Positions 23,101 to 37,750 of a DNA stretch of 64,000 bases are shown here, piece after piece. The stretch covers positions 28,944,213 through 29,008,212 of the forward strand of contig OZ234493.1 in the NCBI GenBank assembly GCA_965153455.1, read 5' to 3'. The position numbers were made by a program, and so were the translations under genes. Source of the stretch: Sphagnum compactum (lineage: Eukaryota). Within the stretch, counting starts at the first letter, position 1. Every line of letters begins with the position of its first letter. The notes beneath the pieces are model-generated. The model worked only from the letters and a program-made list of their open reading frames with translations. It was not told where the DNA came from and did no database searches.

Positions 23101-25400
23101 TGTGATTCAAATGATGGTGTGTTATTGCAAACCTTGTTAGAAGAGTGGAGTTACACCTCCAAGGCTTAGTTTGAAGCCTTGGAGGAAAGATAAATCAAAG
23201 TTCATTGTTGCTTGCAAAATGAGATGAACACTTTAGAAAAGAATGCATCCAAAACATTTTGGTTGTCCTTGAAATCCTTTGAAAATAAGGTTAAAAGATA
23301 TTTGTCTATGGAAGCATATGTGAAGGAAATTGGCCTAGATCTTTGCATTCACAAAGATATCAAAAGAGGTGTGAGATTCACTAAACATGAATTGGCAAAA
23401 GTAATAAGATATGAAAGCTTAGCAATGTCTACACCAAGCAACATTTGATATGAATTTGAAATTGTTGATTTGCCATACTTATAGAAATGGGATTAATTTG
23501 ATGCCACTATCTTTGTCACCATGGCTTACGAATTGCACATTTTCTTGTAGCTACCTGTGACCAAGGTTTACAAATTGGTAGATCTTCCACCTACAAAAAA
23601 TTGTCAAACCAAGTTTTCAAGATGCCAACGTTTGGTTCTTTCACAAAATTTCAACTAGAGATTATGTGCCAACAAACACATAATTTTCCAAAAGAAGAGT
23701 AATACTATTGACAAGTACCAAGGTGGATGAACCATTATTTTCTTATCAACACATATATGTGGAGAAAGAAAAATTTCAAGATCTAAAATGACTATTTCAT
23801 TTCCTCCATGATACAATATATTTGAATACTAATATAACCTTGACTTAAACCCTTTGATTTTAACATCAGTTCCAATTCACAATAAGGTTCATCAAGTTTA
23901 TTAAGTTTGTTAAGTTTATTTTTAATATTTACTCACAACTATGTTGGAATCTATAGGTGCACCAAGGAAATTATTTGCGAGAATTGATAAACAATGGTGA
24001 AAAATCTCACTTTCCAAAAACAAGTTTTACAAACTGAAGGTGGAGTTAGTACATGCATATGGGTTCACATAAACAAATACCTTTGATGTTAATGGGTTGT
24101 GAGAAGTATGGCTCAAAAACATCTAGAAGTAGTTCTAGGCAATCCATAATGTGTGTTTTCTGTTTTGCTTATAACCTACATGACGTTGCCACGACCATTT
24201 TTGGGTAAAAGGTGATGCATGAATAAAAAAGGAATGCTCAATTATACTTAATGTAATTTGGAAACATATTTGGATCACATTTTTTGTCTAGGGTTGAAAT
24301 CATCTAACCTTATGTTCTCTTAGGTTGTAGAATTACAATCACATAATTGAATATGTTGACAACATACAAGGCTAGTTGTTACATGTGAGACTAGCTAACA
24401 TTGAGGTTGTTCATCTAACTAATTTACAATTGGACATTGTAAGTTTTCTTTTATTTGTTACTTATTCAAATCAAAAAAATTAATTTTAATCGCCATTGTT
24501 AATAATTGGCCCATGCATAAGGTTTTCAAGATCCTATTTGTAATTCAATTATAAATTGTAGTAATTGTTATTCAATTCGAACATATACGCCCACATTTTA
24601 GGACACTTCATAAACTTGCATCTCTTAAAATCGAACCACCCTAGTTTTTTTCATTTGCAACATTGTTCATCATGTTCAATCAACTGCAAGCATCCCATAA
24701 CTTGGAGATTGGAGTTGACCCAAAATTACGCATGGACTTAAAGAAAGACTTCAAGTTACAATAGCCTAGTAAGTGGGCATTATGACAAAATTAAATCATT
24801 TTTTCAAGGATGGAACAAACCTAATCCATGATTTATCCACACAACAAGTGGATGATAAACTTGGGCGGACTTTTCAATACGTTGAAGTGAGGCAAGAGAG
24901 TTGGTAAGAGGACATCAAAATCAAAATTGGAACCATAATCTTCAGTCATCTATTTGATGTTAGAAGGGAAATACGGTTGGCCATGCATGAAGGACTTTTC
25001 ATGGCTATTCATCTTGCAAACACATATGTAAAAGGAAAATTAGACATGTGAACTTGCATTGAACAACTTATTTCACAAACATTAAAGGTATTGTTCAACA
25101 AGACATGTGCCATTACAATGATGTTATCGAGTGAGTAGTGCACCATGAAAAATGAACGGGTGAATGGGCTCAAGGGAGCAAGAAAGAATCTTTGGAATAT
25201 ATTCCATGCCGCATCAACAAAAATTCTTGGAATATATTCATGCCACATGGATTCACATTTTGTGATGTGGCAAAATATTCCATGATGAAGCTTGAAATAT
25301 TCTACCACGTGGACAAAAGTTCAACATGAAGACACCAATTGTTCTTTCAAATGTTGTATATATTTGTTCAAATGATGCTTGTGATTTGTAGCATTAATGT
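20193..25400 (+). mobile_element. Decayed CACTA-like DNA transposon (left end only)
   Basis: Starts CACTAATAGAAAATGGCC with recurring subterminal TTGCAACTA/TAGTTGCAA motifs, a very AT-rich interior and stop-ridden coding-like sequence at ~22.9-25.3 kb. No matching right TIR found; right boundary is a guess. Confidence 0.45.
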
Positions 25401-26127
25401 GGGAAGGTTTTGAAGAATGGAAATGCTAGATTGGGTTAAAGATTATAGACAAATGAATTTGATCACAAATGTAGCAAAATTTTCACAATATCATCAAATC
25501 TTGTTGTAGAAAATGGATGCACCACCTTTGAAGCATTGATCACAATTGAGACAATCTAGCTCCTCCAAGAATGATGGAACTATAACACAATCCAAATTGA
25601 ATCTCTTTGCACTAGACTAATTCTTTGCACATAATCCTTTGAACTTCTCTACAAATTTTACCAACATGAATTGTATTTTTACACACATATTCTTCTAAAT
25701 ATTATAAATAAAATAAACACAAAAAATTAATGCAAACACAACCTTATTATCATATCATTGGCTCTCATATGTTTTAACATACACAAATAGATGTTGAACC
25801 TCGTCCCAACTCCACATGAGATAATGAATGAACTTTTTAGTTTACCCACAATGTATTATGAGATATAATGATATAGGTGTTAACATTGCACCGATGCCCC
25901 ACACCTACCCAAAAAAGTTGTTGACATTATGACAAAGTATATGCACGAGCAATTTGCGTAATTTTCAATTGTCACATTATAACCTTTGTGGCCGAAGTGT
26001 ATGTTGTAGATTCATTCATTCCCAAGTGGTTGACATCTACATGGTGGAAAATAGTTGCAGGGTTAAATAACTTATTGACTTTCCAATTGTTGGTTTGTTG
26101 CACAAAACAATATATATGAACATAGAA

Positions 26128-26500
26128 ACCATTTGATCCTAGAAAATGCTTGGAAGATGTGTTTAGAAAGTGGGGTTCTAAATAATTTATGGAATGAAGT
26201 GAACACTTTAATTTATTTGTTAAATCAATGCCCAACTAGAGCCAATAATGAGATTTTTCTTAAAGAAAAGTATTTAAGATCTCCACCTAACATAAGTCAA
26301 TTCAAATTTTTTGAATCTTGGCCCATACGCATGTGTTAAAAGCTTCGTGAAGTAAGTTAAAGCCTAGGTTGGTTAAAACTTTGTTTCTAAATTACAACAA
26401 TAAAACAAAAGCTTGCAAGCTATATCGTTTAATTAAGTGATAATATAAATTAGTAGGGATGTAAGTGTAAATGAATCAATTCAAGGGTTTCAAAATGTGA
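26128..26500 (+). mobile_element. Ty1/copia integrase C-terminal remnant
   Basis: LENAWKMCLESGV..NLWNE.VNTLIYLLNQCPTRAN...PPNISQFKFF, followed by SKLKPR..KTLFL...KACKLY...ISRDV (Copia integrase/SH3 pattern). Confidence 0.8.
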
Positions 26501-26991
26501 CCAAGGCATCATTAGCTAAAGTTGATTTTTTTTCCCCAAAAATTTTCAAGTCATTGAACTCCAATCTTTCGAACTAAGGACAATCAACTAAAGAGGTGTT
26601 AATACCTAACCTAGCAATCAATGACATGGAAGAAGTTGAACTGATCAAAGTTTCAATTTTACACCCATTATGTCATAGATGACTACCAAATTTGGCATAT
26701 AACCTCACAAACTCATTGGATGAAAGTAGTCCAAATCTAGACAATTAGCAAGAACAAATCCCACTATTAGAAATAGATTATTAATTTTTTAAACACTTGA
26801 AAAATAATATATTCCATAGAGTAGACTAGAATATTACCATTGAATAGTGGTCAACTTGAGCTTTGAGGAATAGGAGTGTGTCAAAAGGCGTTGGGAATCT
26901 AATCCTAGATGTGGCTATGAACAAAGGAACATAGAATGGAGCTTGGTGCAATAGGGAGTGTTGGAAGTGTGATCAGTTTGGATAAGCTTTA

Positions 26992-29900
26992 CCTGGTTAC
27001 ATGCCGATCATCTTTTCTTAAATTATGGTGATCCAAAATTCCACTGTGTAGATTTAGAATCTACATAGAATTTGGATCTGCATTGCATTCTCATTATGAG
27101 TTCTGATCATATTGCTCATGGAAACTTGTATGCAATTGTACTTATGTTTTTGATAATTCACCTTCTTGACAATTCTGATCCTATTTCCAACACTCCCTTT
27201 TGCAACAAGCTCCATGTGAGGAGTCTTCTGTAACAGTGCCAATAACCATGTGAGGCCCAATAACTGAGTCGTAACGTCAGCTCACTCTAACCTAGTCTAC
27301 TTCATAAATTGTCATTCAAGTGCAAAGAATGAACAACATTTCAAGGATTTGTACACCTCCCAATGGATGAGTCACCAATTAAATTATGTTTCTATCAAGA
27401 TTGTGCTTAGAAGTTGTTGATATCGGTTTTAATTAGTGTTGGGTTTGGGAATATCTATCATTGGTTTTTGAAAAGCAATAATTAATATAAATGGATCATA
27501 ACAACAAGACTTTTGAGGTAATGAATATCTTACCTAGCTACTATTGGTGATTGACACTTCTTTGTTGAATATTCATTTATTTTAGAAAAATGAGGTTTGG
27601 TAGTTTCAAATTGAATTTTCCAGAAAATAAGCATGCAAAATACACGTTGTATTGTGTATTTGCAATAGTAACCCAACAATTGGGACAATAAACAAATTTT
27701 CATGAGTCGATAGTTTGATTTTCAACAATTTCAACAAATATCAATTAAAATTTTCCCCCTTTTTCAGCTAAACTTTTTGGCAAATTATTTTGTGCCAAAC
27801 ATCAGTCACAGGAATGGTACTCAGTGTTGAGACATCAATTGGTTGACACTTGAGAGAGTAAGTTCAAGTAAAAAATTGGAAAAATTTGCCAAAAGACAAT
27901 GAATTTAGTTGAAATGGCATTTTAAAATACAGATTTGTCTAAAATTTTCTCAAAATATAAAAAATCACTAGGTTGCAAAAATCTCCTTCAATGTGAAGTG
28001 TCATCAATCAGCATTCTAGTGTGTTTTCTATTTAGCAACTGAACTAACCCAGGCATTGCCATCAACAAAGCTTTAAAGGTTTTCCCATCAGAGCATCCTC
28101 TTACAGATCGATTGACATCTGCGACTTCAATGGTACTCTCAGCCTGTGTAGCATCAACTATTAGAAAAGGATGACAATGCCCAAAGGTGCAAATGTTCCA
28201 CTAAAATTACTGCAATGTTTCAGCTACCAATACATAGTGAGCAAGGCGAGTTCTACAACATATAAATCCATCAATGCTTTAATTATTCAGAAGTTCACCT
28301 TGAAATAGGTTTCAATGAAATACAAGTAGGTTAACGGCCAAGGAGCAGGGCATTCCTGAAATAAGCACCTGCCTCAGGCAGAGAGTGTTACCTGATGCAA
28401 AATACACATTTGTGATGCATGCGACTATGGGTTTCAAATGAATGGGTCCTTTAGTGCATCAAAATGCATACATATTTGAGGTGCATTCTACTTTGAGTTA
28501 CACCTTGCATGTAAAGAAATGTGGCTCACATGCCTTTTTAAAGCCAAATGATGTACATGGAATTCTCAATAATCATATAGAACTTTGAGATGACAGTCAA
28601 ATCCATTGTAGATCTCCAGTCAGTGTTTGATCTGAAGAAAAACTTACTCATTAAGACATACAGGTAGAACTGTTGAGAGTTAGCTGCACTTGAAACCTCT
28701 TGCAGTCAATCAATCAATAAGCAAATTCTATTCAATACAGACTTTTGAGTAGTGGGTCTGCACCATCTTCTCAAATTGTGATCAATCAACAATGGCAAGA
28801 TCAATTTAAAAGTCTTTGTCCAAAAAGGTGGCACGTAGCTTCAGCTCCTGATGATGATGCTGATGTAGTACCTAATTTATTTGCAGGGAAGAAAAAGAAC
28901 AACAAACCCATCTACCAAGACCCATCACAAATTGCAATTTTACTGCATAATTTTCTATGTGCAAAATTTGTCTATTTAGAATCATCAGCAGATGCCACAT
29001 TTCAAGGTTCATGATTTTAATTTTTGTCAGAAGTAGCTGTGTTCGGTCACTTCTCTTCAGGAGATTTCTTCTTCAAAACTCCATTGCAAGTGTGTCCTTC
29101 CCATGTTGGAGTGAAATTTGGAGCACCTAGTAGATCATGAACCGTGAAACTCAGAAGTTTGAATTAACAAAAAACACTGAACCTTAGAACAGTATTTTTG
29201 GAGTTTGATTGCAGAATACAAATGTACTATAGTCTTCTTCTGCAGTCATCTATCTTTCTGAACACATGTCTTCAAGATCACAAAAGAGAGGATTGTAAGC
29301 ATGGAGTCAAATGAGAAGAGTATTCCAGTTTTGGTTCAATTTAGAGGGGTACTAATATGAAATTGAGAAGTGGTTTTGGCAGCTTTCATTCACTCTTCAA
29401 CTTGCATTTTCAGTTGGTCATTTGCAGATATGACGATTCCTTTCTTTGATTGTAACATTTTTTATTGCTTAGTACCTGGATTCAGGAAGATTTTGAGAAA
29501 TGATCCTCACTCCAGGAGGATTCTTAGGAAGAAGAGTAGTGTGAGTGGACATCTTATGACCCCTGCAAACCCTTCTTGAGCTCACCTTCTTCTTCTGTTT
29601 TGTTGATTTTTCTAGACTCTAAAATCTTGATTTCTATCAGTGGCCTAATAATTCTACTGGCTTTCTATCATTTCATATGAATGGGAGCAGGATTTGGGAT
29701 ATAGGCTTAAAAGATGGAGGATAGCAAATCCATCTTTTTGTCTTGATGAATTTCAGTCTCTTTGGAGAGGGGAGGAGTTAGAAACCTGTTAGTATGATTT
29801 GGAATAAAGACCATGTTTGGATGCTCTTCCTCTGATCTCAGTGCCAGTTACAATTTTTCGGACACCATGCTGATATATCATCACATGTTGTGTTAAACTA

Positions 29901-30330
29901 AGTGTCTCTTTCCATTAGGCTGCAATGATCAGAGTTACACACAATATGTTGTGATCACAACAAGGTAATGTATCACACTTCATATGTACCTAGGGAACTT
30001 TGTAAGAAACTGATCAGAACATGTGATCCTAGAAATGAGGATGACAAGTGTCACCTTGTAATGGTTCATCATTAGCTTCTGCATTCCGTCAATGTTTGAC
30101 CTATAGAGCCATGAGCTCAGTGGTCTGAGCACAGCTGGATGAAACAAATGTAATGGAAAGCTACTGTTGAAGCAGCATCTCTGATCACAACAACCTAATG
30201 GAAAGAGACCCTAAGTAGTAGGTAGCTTCTGGGCTTTTTTTCATGACACCCGAGGAAGAGGAGGAGCTAATTCATTCAATCCCTGACGCCATATATCTGT
30301 CCTGGATGTGAACTTGGTCTGGTATGAACT
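26992..30330 (-). pseudogene. Unidentified multi-exon host-gene pseudogene
   Basis: Phase-compatible GT-AG exons (large exon ending 28648; 28391-28299; 28143-28049; 27291-~26992) join into one frame, with stops only at TAA/TGA/TAG codons that could come from CAA/CGA/CAG or TGG. Confidence 0.55.
29902..30211. mobile_element. Tourist/PIF-Harbinger-like MITE
   Basis: TIRs GTGTCTCTTTCCATTAGGCTG...TGATCAGAG / CTCTGATCAC...CCTAATGGAAAGAGACCC; TAA TSD at 29899-29901 and 30212-30214. Confidence 0.85.
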
Positions 30331-32949
30331 TTTAAAACCCTGTCTGTATACACACAAGCCTATTTAACACCCTCAACACCTGTCTGTGTTAGTACCGCCT
30401 GACATGTTAGTCCCCAGTTCCTACAATGTGGGGTTGTTGTACAAGTCTAGTATTGCTACCAGCCTAGTTGGGTTCTTGATACCCATGTTGATACCAGGTG
30501 TCGACCTGTATACCAGGCCAACACCCATCATGTACAGGGCACATCCCCTAGTGTACAAGCCCATCACTAGGTTGTAAACTAGCACATGTGGGTCATTAGG
30601 TAGGTAGAAACTATCAGAATTTACACTTGTGACTAATTCTGCCATGTGCAATAACTTGAAAACCTACCTGCTGAATTTATGTGATTAGGGGTGGTAGAAT
30701 TTATTTTTGAAATCTACCATTCTAGAGATTTTAAAATGAAAAGTAACTGGAGACCTTGAAATTTTCATATCCATCCTTATCTCAACCACTTCTTCAACAA
30801 TTTTTTTAAAAAAAATTTGTTCGACAGAAAATTTGGGAAAATTTTGTTTTTCTAATGTAAGTTTGATTAAATTTTTTTTTTTAGGTGAGAAAATTCGCCA
30901 ATTTTTTTATAAAAAAATTGACTGAAAAAAAAAGCCCTGATCTCAACAGTAAAAATATAACACGAGACCCATGCCCTAACTTGTAAATAGGACACATTAT
31001 GTTGGCCACCTTTTATGGTTACCCAAGTCATTACTTTTATCCAGCCTAAATATGCTTTGTTACTTACCCAAATTGGAATTTTTACAAAGCCTATATTGGT
31101 ATAACTTTTACCTAGCTGAAATAAATTTGAGAAATTATTTATCAATTGGCAAATTGAAATCAATATACCCACCCAATGTGTTGGTTAGGGCATCCACAAT
31201 GACAACAAAATGTCCATAGATGAGTCATTCAAGCAAAATCTATCAAACATTTCAAACCTCTTACAACCTTCTTCTTTCTTTTTGTTTTTTCTTTCTTTTT
31301 GGGTGGCACAAATGGAAATCCATTGCAAAGAATCTCTTATAATTAGCTTTGGTATTCAAATCTACAACTAAACTAGATTAATAGAAAATCTATCAAATTA
31401 TTTAAAGTAAATAAGGAGATGGCTGATTAATGAAGAAGAAAGCTTGGTGTTGCAAACAGTATGAAAATGTTATGTTGAGAAAAAGAAAGGCTACCCAATT
31501 AAACAAGTTTATAATTAACATAATTGTTTTCCGGAAATTACTGTTGACAAAATCTTAGCAACACCACAATGCATGGATAGTTAGTTGATGAAAACATGTG
31601 AATGTCACTGAAAATTTTCCATAGTGACCATACAAGATCTCATCAATCTTGTGGGGTCTTTGCATCATTTCTGTAAATGCAAAACATAAAGGACTTGCAG
31701 CAAGGGTTTTTTTGTTTTTCCTTCATATTTGAAAACACTTCCCCAAGACAAAAAATGCATTTGTCATATTCGTGTAAACAAAATCATATACAAAATAATG
31801 CTGGGTAGTTAGCAGAGAATAAGGTGCCCACTCGAGGTGTACATTTATAAGCTAATTCGACGAAATCTGACACTAAGAAATTGGGGCCTAAGTTTTTGGT
31901 TTGATCTTCAAACTTGCAACAGTTTCATAAGGAACTCTCTCCATACTACTGTAACACTGCTGTCTGTCTCCTTTCTTGAAGTTGTTCAGTTGTTCTATTG
32001 CACACATTTTTGAATGTTTTTTTTGTGCTTTTCCCACTGGGGTCAATATGAGTTTCTTTCTCAAACATGAGTTGCTCATTGCTGGAAAACACTAATCACT
32101 CTATGCATCAAGTACTTATTCAATGATATTGTTTCCATATGAACATGGATTAGTGAACTGCACCCACATTTTGTACCTTATTTATCTTATTTACAAGAGA
32201 AAACAAGGTAGCTCTGTCACAAGAGGCCCTATCCTAAAATAATATATTATATTTAAGATTATATTATGAAATCATGGGATAAGAGTTTGTTGGCTTTATG
32301 AAGGATTTTAAAAATCATTTTTTACATTTGTATTAAGAATTTCTTTTTCTAGCCTTCTTAAATTCATTGTGCATACTTGAAAATTTCAACCATAGTTCCA
32401 TTGCTTTTCTTTTAATCATACAAATGAATATAAAGTTATAAATAATGATATTGTGTCAAAATTCAATCCAAGTTTTTCCCAAACAAATGTAAATAAGTTT
32501 TCATAATGTGCAAGAAGGTGAAACTAGATACTTAGATGTTTGAAACAAACATTAGTAATGAATGGATATCACTTAGATGAAAAGAGTTGGGAAAATTATT
32601 CACTTAATTTTTAGTCTCATTTCAATTTCAAGTTTAAGAATTTGACATTTCTTATCATTTTTGTTGTAACATTTTGGCTTTAGAATTTTCCTTGAAAGGT
32701 GTTTTGTTGTTGTGCTTGATGGGTGTACATGTGGGTAAAAAAACAGTCAATTTTTTTTTCATCTTGTGGTTGATAATTATGATTTTTTGTTTGCACATGA
32801 TCCATGAAAACTAATAAAAATATATAAATTTAGGCCACAAGGTGCCACCATTTTGGGTGTCATTAACTAGATGGAAAATGCAACATTCGTATGCTACATT
32901 TTAAAAAATGGAAGACGATAATGGTTTTTTGTTATACATAAGAAGTGTG

Positions 32950-35900
32950 TTTGGTAATTTGAATGCAATATAAATTGGCTTGTGAAAACCTAACAAATAT
33001 GCTTTTGTTACACTATATTTACATTCATTTCTAGGGACATTTGCCCATATATGGTCTAGTTAAGATCCAACTTTTGTGGTGCTTTCATTAAATTGTAATT
33101 TTAATTTGAATTTATTCATGAAATCTAATAGTTCTTGTTTATTTTTTCCATGGTTATTGTTTTTTAGAATGTCAACATTAAAATATCCCATTATGATGAT
33201 TGGATAATGTTTGGGAGACTGTTGAGTTATAATTTGAAGTTTGTTTAGGAATGTAAAACTAAACATGAATGAGCTTTATACACACATACAATATGTATTG
33301 CTTTTTGTGTATTAATATAAAAAGTTGCTACTACATATTTGGAACCATCATTAATCATTGTATTAAAAGAATCTAAGTGCATGTGTATGTCATACATCAT
33401 CATTAACCATGACCATCATAGATTGAAATATATAAATACTCCGATGAATTTATAAATTTGTGCACATCTACTGATGGATGGTGTATTTTTGTTTTCTATA
33501 AGACATAAGATATGAAACATTTGAAGGTTATGATCATGGTTGATGTCTTCATAATGTTGGCATAAAAAAGTTGTATTCAAGGTCTGTATAATTACATGAG
33601 AATTATGTAAATTCTTAAATTGAGGACTTACTGGTATCCAAGTCAAAATTGTTTTTAATATATTCATTTCTATATGTACTTTTGGATTCACATAAAAAAT
33701 TTCATGTTGGAAAGGAGTTAATAAAAATTAATTTTTTTTTGTTCGGATGTAAGATAATGATGTATATGTTAACCCATGTTTTAAACATTAGTAAGATGAT
33801 CAAAAGCCAATTCATTTAATGATAATCTTTGAGAATGATGGATGGTTTTTATTGTTGTAAGTTTAATTGGAAATTGAATCCTTGCTATGATAAATGATTG
33901 AGATTTACCAATTATTATATATTTGATGATAGGTTCAATTGGTGTCCATTTTGATTCAATGATATTATTATAATAATGATTGTATTTTACTTGGTCATTA
34001 TTACAAATCAATGGAAAGTTTGTAAGATGGTGGGCATGATTAATGATTAATTTCCATTGTTTTGAAAGTAAATGTGGGACCTAATGTATTAATGAACACA
34101 TGTTCATTATGTTTCTGCACAAGTTTAATTGTATAAAATAAATATGGAATAGTAAAATTATTGGGTGGTTGTTGATTACAAATTGAATTTCTAAATTGAA
34201 TATCCTTTGTATCTTTTGTTGCAGTGGGAGATTTGTTCAAAGTTTGTATGAAAACCATATCAGATTATCACATCACTTTATTTAATTCATAACATTGGAC
34301 ATATGTTTGCCAAAAATTTGGTGTTATTGCATTCACATTGTTTTTAATATTCTGAAAAATCTAACTATCTTTCACATGGGGTGCTTGATAAAAATCACTT
34401 GTCATGATAACATCCACACTATCAAAGAATTTCATTTGAATATGTTTTACAGACCTTAACTTATTGTCTATAACATTCAACATTCTAGCAACAACAAGTG
34501 ATATTTCATTTATCACAACAAGTTGTAATTGTTCATATCAACATCTAAACCTATTTAATGAATTTGTTGATAAGTTTGGTAGACTAGATAAGGATTGTTG
34601 GACAATTATGTTCAATGTTGAACGTATTGTTAAACCATCAATATTGAAGGCATCTTTATTTGTTGATGCCATAGGTAAAGCCTTATATTTTGTTAATTCA
34701 GAAGATATGTTTTTATTGTATAATCATAATAATCCTTGAATTGTAAATTTTAATGTAAAAGTTTTATTAATTCCAACACCCCTTGTAAAAACCAAAAAAA
34801 TAAATATATTATGGTATAATTGTTTTTTATGCATAACATCATCAAATATTAATCTTTGTTCTTCATTTAATTATTTAAGCAAATTATGATAATCAAATTT
34901 TTCCATCATCATAGAATTTGAAGATTTTGTGAAATTTTCATCTTCTAAAGTTTGTGATTTTTAGTATGATACATTATGTGGTTGAATCACAAAGTTAGAT
35001 CGTAAATCATATTGTTCAATATTGATTGTGTTTGTAATAGGAATTGCAAGACATGAATCATTTACTTCATTATCTATGTTTTCATTACAAATGTTAACTG
35101 GATGCAATAATTCTCATTTTGAATATATTGAATCATTCATTTCTTTTGTATTTGGATATGACATTTGGTAGTTAAAAATAGATTTAATTTTAAAATTTCA
35201 TCATGTTGTTGACAATATGCATCATGTCATGTTAAACTAGTTCCAAGTTTTGAATTTTTTAAAGTTCAAAATGGTGAATATTATAGAAATTGTTCTCTTG
35301 ACCAATTTTCAATATTTTTATATTTCTTATAATTTACAAACCTAATAATTTTGGGTTTGCGATGTTTTGAAATGTTAATCTTATAAAAATTATTAAATTC
35401 TACTAGTGATAAAGATTCATATTGATTAGGATGACTAATATATTTGTTTATGATTGATGAACACATTATATTAGTTGGATCAGGTTCATTTAATGCAAAT
35501 TGTGGTTTTAACACAAAAACACATTTTTCAAAAGGAGAAGCATTACTAAATTGAAATGTTTAAAATCAATGATATAATGGTAAAGAAAAACACAAAATAA
35601 ACAAGTTGTGTAACCATTTGTTGAGCATTGAAAAGACATTACCCAATTTTTGAATTTTTGTATTTTCATCTATATTATTTGCAAGACATTTTTGTATGAT
35701 AAAATATAATTTGATGTTATTGATTTATCTATTTTAGTCATATATGATGTGCAATATGTTGCAACTCCATATGGGTTTAAGATGAATTGAATATCTATAT
35801 TTCCAAACCACAAATGAGCTACACGTGTACTAAATGCATTAGTTTTTATGTTTTTAGGATTTTTGTTTTAAAAAAATGTGTTTTTTTTTTATTAATTTTC

Positions 35901-37750
35901 TTCTAAAATTTTATATATGAGTATTTTCATCAAGGTTTAAAAAATTTCAAAATTCAAAAAAGATATATCTTCATTTTTTATTTTATTTTAAAGTTTGAAA
36001 TATAGTTTTTGCTTGTGTATGGAGGCATTGTTGTGAAAATGGATAATTCCCATCTATTTGAAATGGTTTTACAATTTTTGTTTCATGCATGGGAGGTAAT
36101 GGATAATGAAATCTATAAACAATTTTAATTTTTTTTACATGTACATGTGTGTTGATGTTGTTGTGCATTTTGCAATGGATTTGGTAACAGTGATACATCA
36201 CAAGAAATAAACATGTCTACAAATCATTCAATTTCTTCATTTGCGCACCCCATACATATGAACATCTTTAATCCATAAAAGTCCATGGTCATGTTTGTTT
36301 CCACGATTTTGAAATTTAATGACAAAATACAAATTGAAAATGTGCCCAAAAAGATAATGGTCTTTTGTCATAAATTTGTGGAAAAAAGATGTTTTATGAT
36401 TGTAATACTTTACACATATGATAGGGTCGTTTCATATCAATTCTACTATATGAAGATATTGTAAATCTTTTATTTTATTTGGGAGATTTAATCTCGAAGC
36501 ATGTAATGTGTGTAAAGCTTTAATGAAAGGATCCCATAATCTTTTAGTATATGTAAAAGTGATAAAAAACGTTGGAGGATCAAGTTGCTTGATCATTACA
36601 AATAAATTATTTTGTAATTTTTCAAAATAATCATGTGAATTATGTAAGCCTTGTAAATCATGATTACCTAAGCATGATTTGAAAATATTGTTTTGGTTTA
36701 TCTCATACTTGAGAAGCTTTTAAGGTTCTACCACATAATTTTCCTTTTCATATTCGCACCCAACTCAAACTTATGACTTTTTATATATAAATTTTACCAA
36801 CTTTAAAAAAAAGGATACATATATTGGTTGAAAAATCCACAAATTTATGAAGTAATTCCCATTGAGTTATTTGTTAATATGAAAAATTTCTTGAGAATTA
36901 TCGAAGTTGGCCATAAAACAATGTTGGAAATTTTAGTTCTTTTGAATGCTTAGTTTTAAATAAACTTAGAAGGTGAAAATGTTGACTTGGGGCAATAAAA
37001 TATAATATTATTACAATCCATTATTTTTGGAGTTTCCAAAAAGTTATGTATTATCGAATCTATTGGTGTATAGTGTAATTATTCACTATTAAAATTAGAC
37101 TTATTAGATGATGCATCAATAAAATTAAAAATTTGGAATTCTAAATCCATATATAAAGTAAACAAAGTTGCCCATTAAAGATGAATGGTAACATTCAAAT
37201 CTTTCAATAATGGTGTCTTAATTAAATCTCATAAAACAATCATCACCATTTTGGACGAACATTTCTTGACATATAAGGCAATTCGTATTCAAAACGTTGC
37301 TTAAGAAACACACCTATTGTTGCATCATCATGTGATAAACATGGTAATATTGATTGAGTTTGATTCGTGTTTGTAAAGACATTAGTAAGATTACCATGCA
37401 TCCTATATTGCCCTTACCCATATAATTTATGAATTTGAGTGAAAACAAGACATAGTGAAATAAGACGTTTTTTTAATTGTGATAATTTTTTGACCGATGG
37501 AATGATTTTGTTTTTGGAGATACCATTGATCTTACGTAAACAACTTGTACATATGTATGATGTAAGGCTAGGTTTTATTTGAAAGTATGTAGAAAGTTGT
37601 TTTGATATTTTGTTTAAAAAATATTTAAGTTGTTTTTAAAAACATAAGCTTTCACAATTAAAACATGCAATTATGGGAACATCTTGGATTTTTTAATTAT
37701 AAATGTCAATGTATATTGATTTTTTTTCATTTTCCATTATATTAACATTA
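32950..37750 (-). pseudogene. Helitron RepHel (Zn finger-HUH/Y2 Rep-Pif1 helicase) fused to AP endonuclease
   Basis: IACFNC/YICTSC (~37.55-37.67 kb); MIKQLDPPTFFITFT; FQNRGNKHDHGLLW (~36.3 kb); RFHYPLPPM; NIDIQFILNPYGVATYCTSYMTK; TRGVGINKT; VVINEISLV; VIMTSDFYQAP; RIQFPIKL..KTIHHSQRLSL. Then APE motifs ILCLIE, IIMGYFNVDIL, STTK...LDHIWAN, HKPIYIAF (33.6-32.95 kb). Confidence 0.9.
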
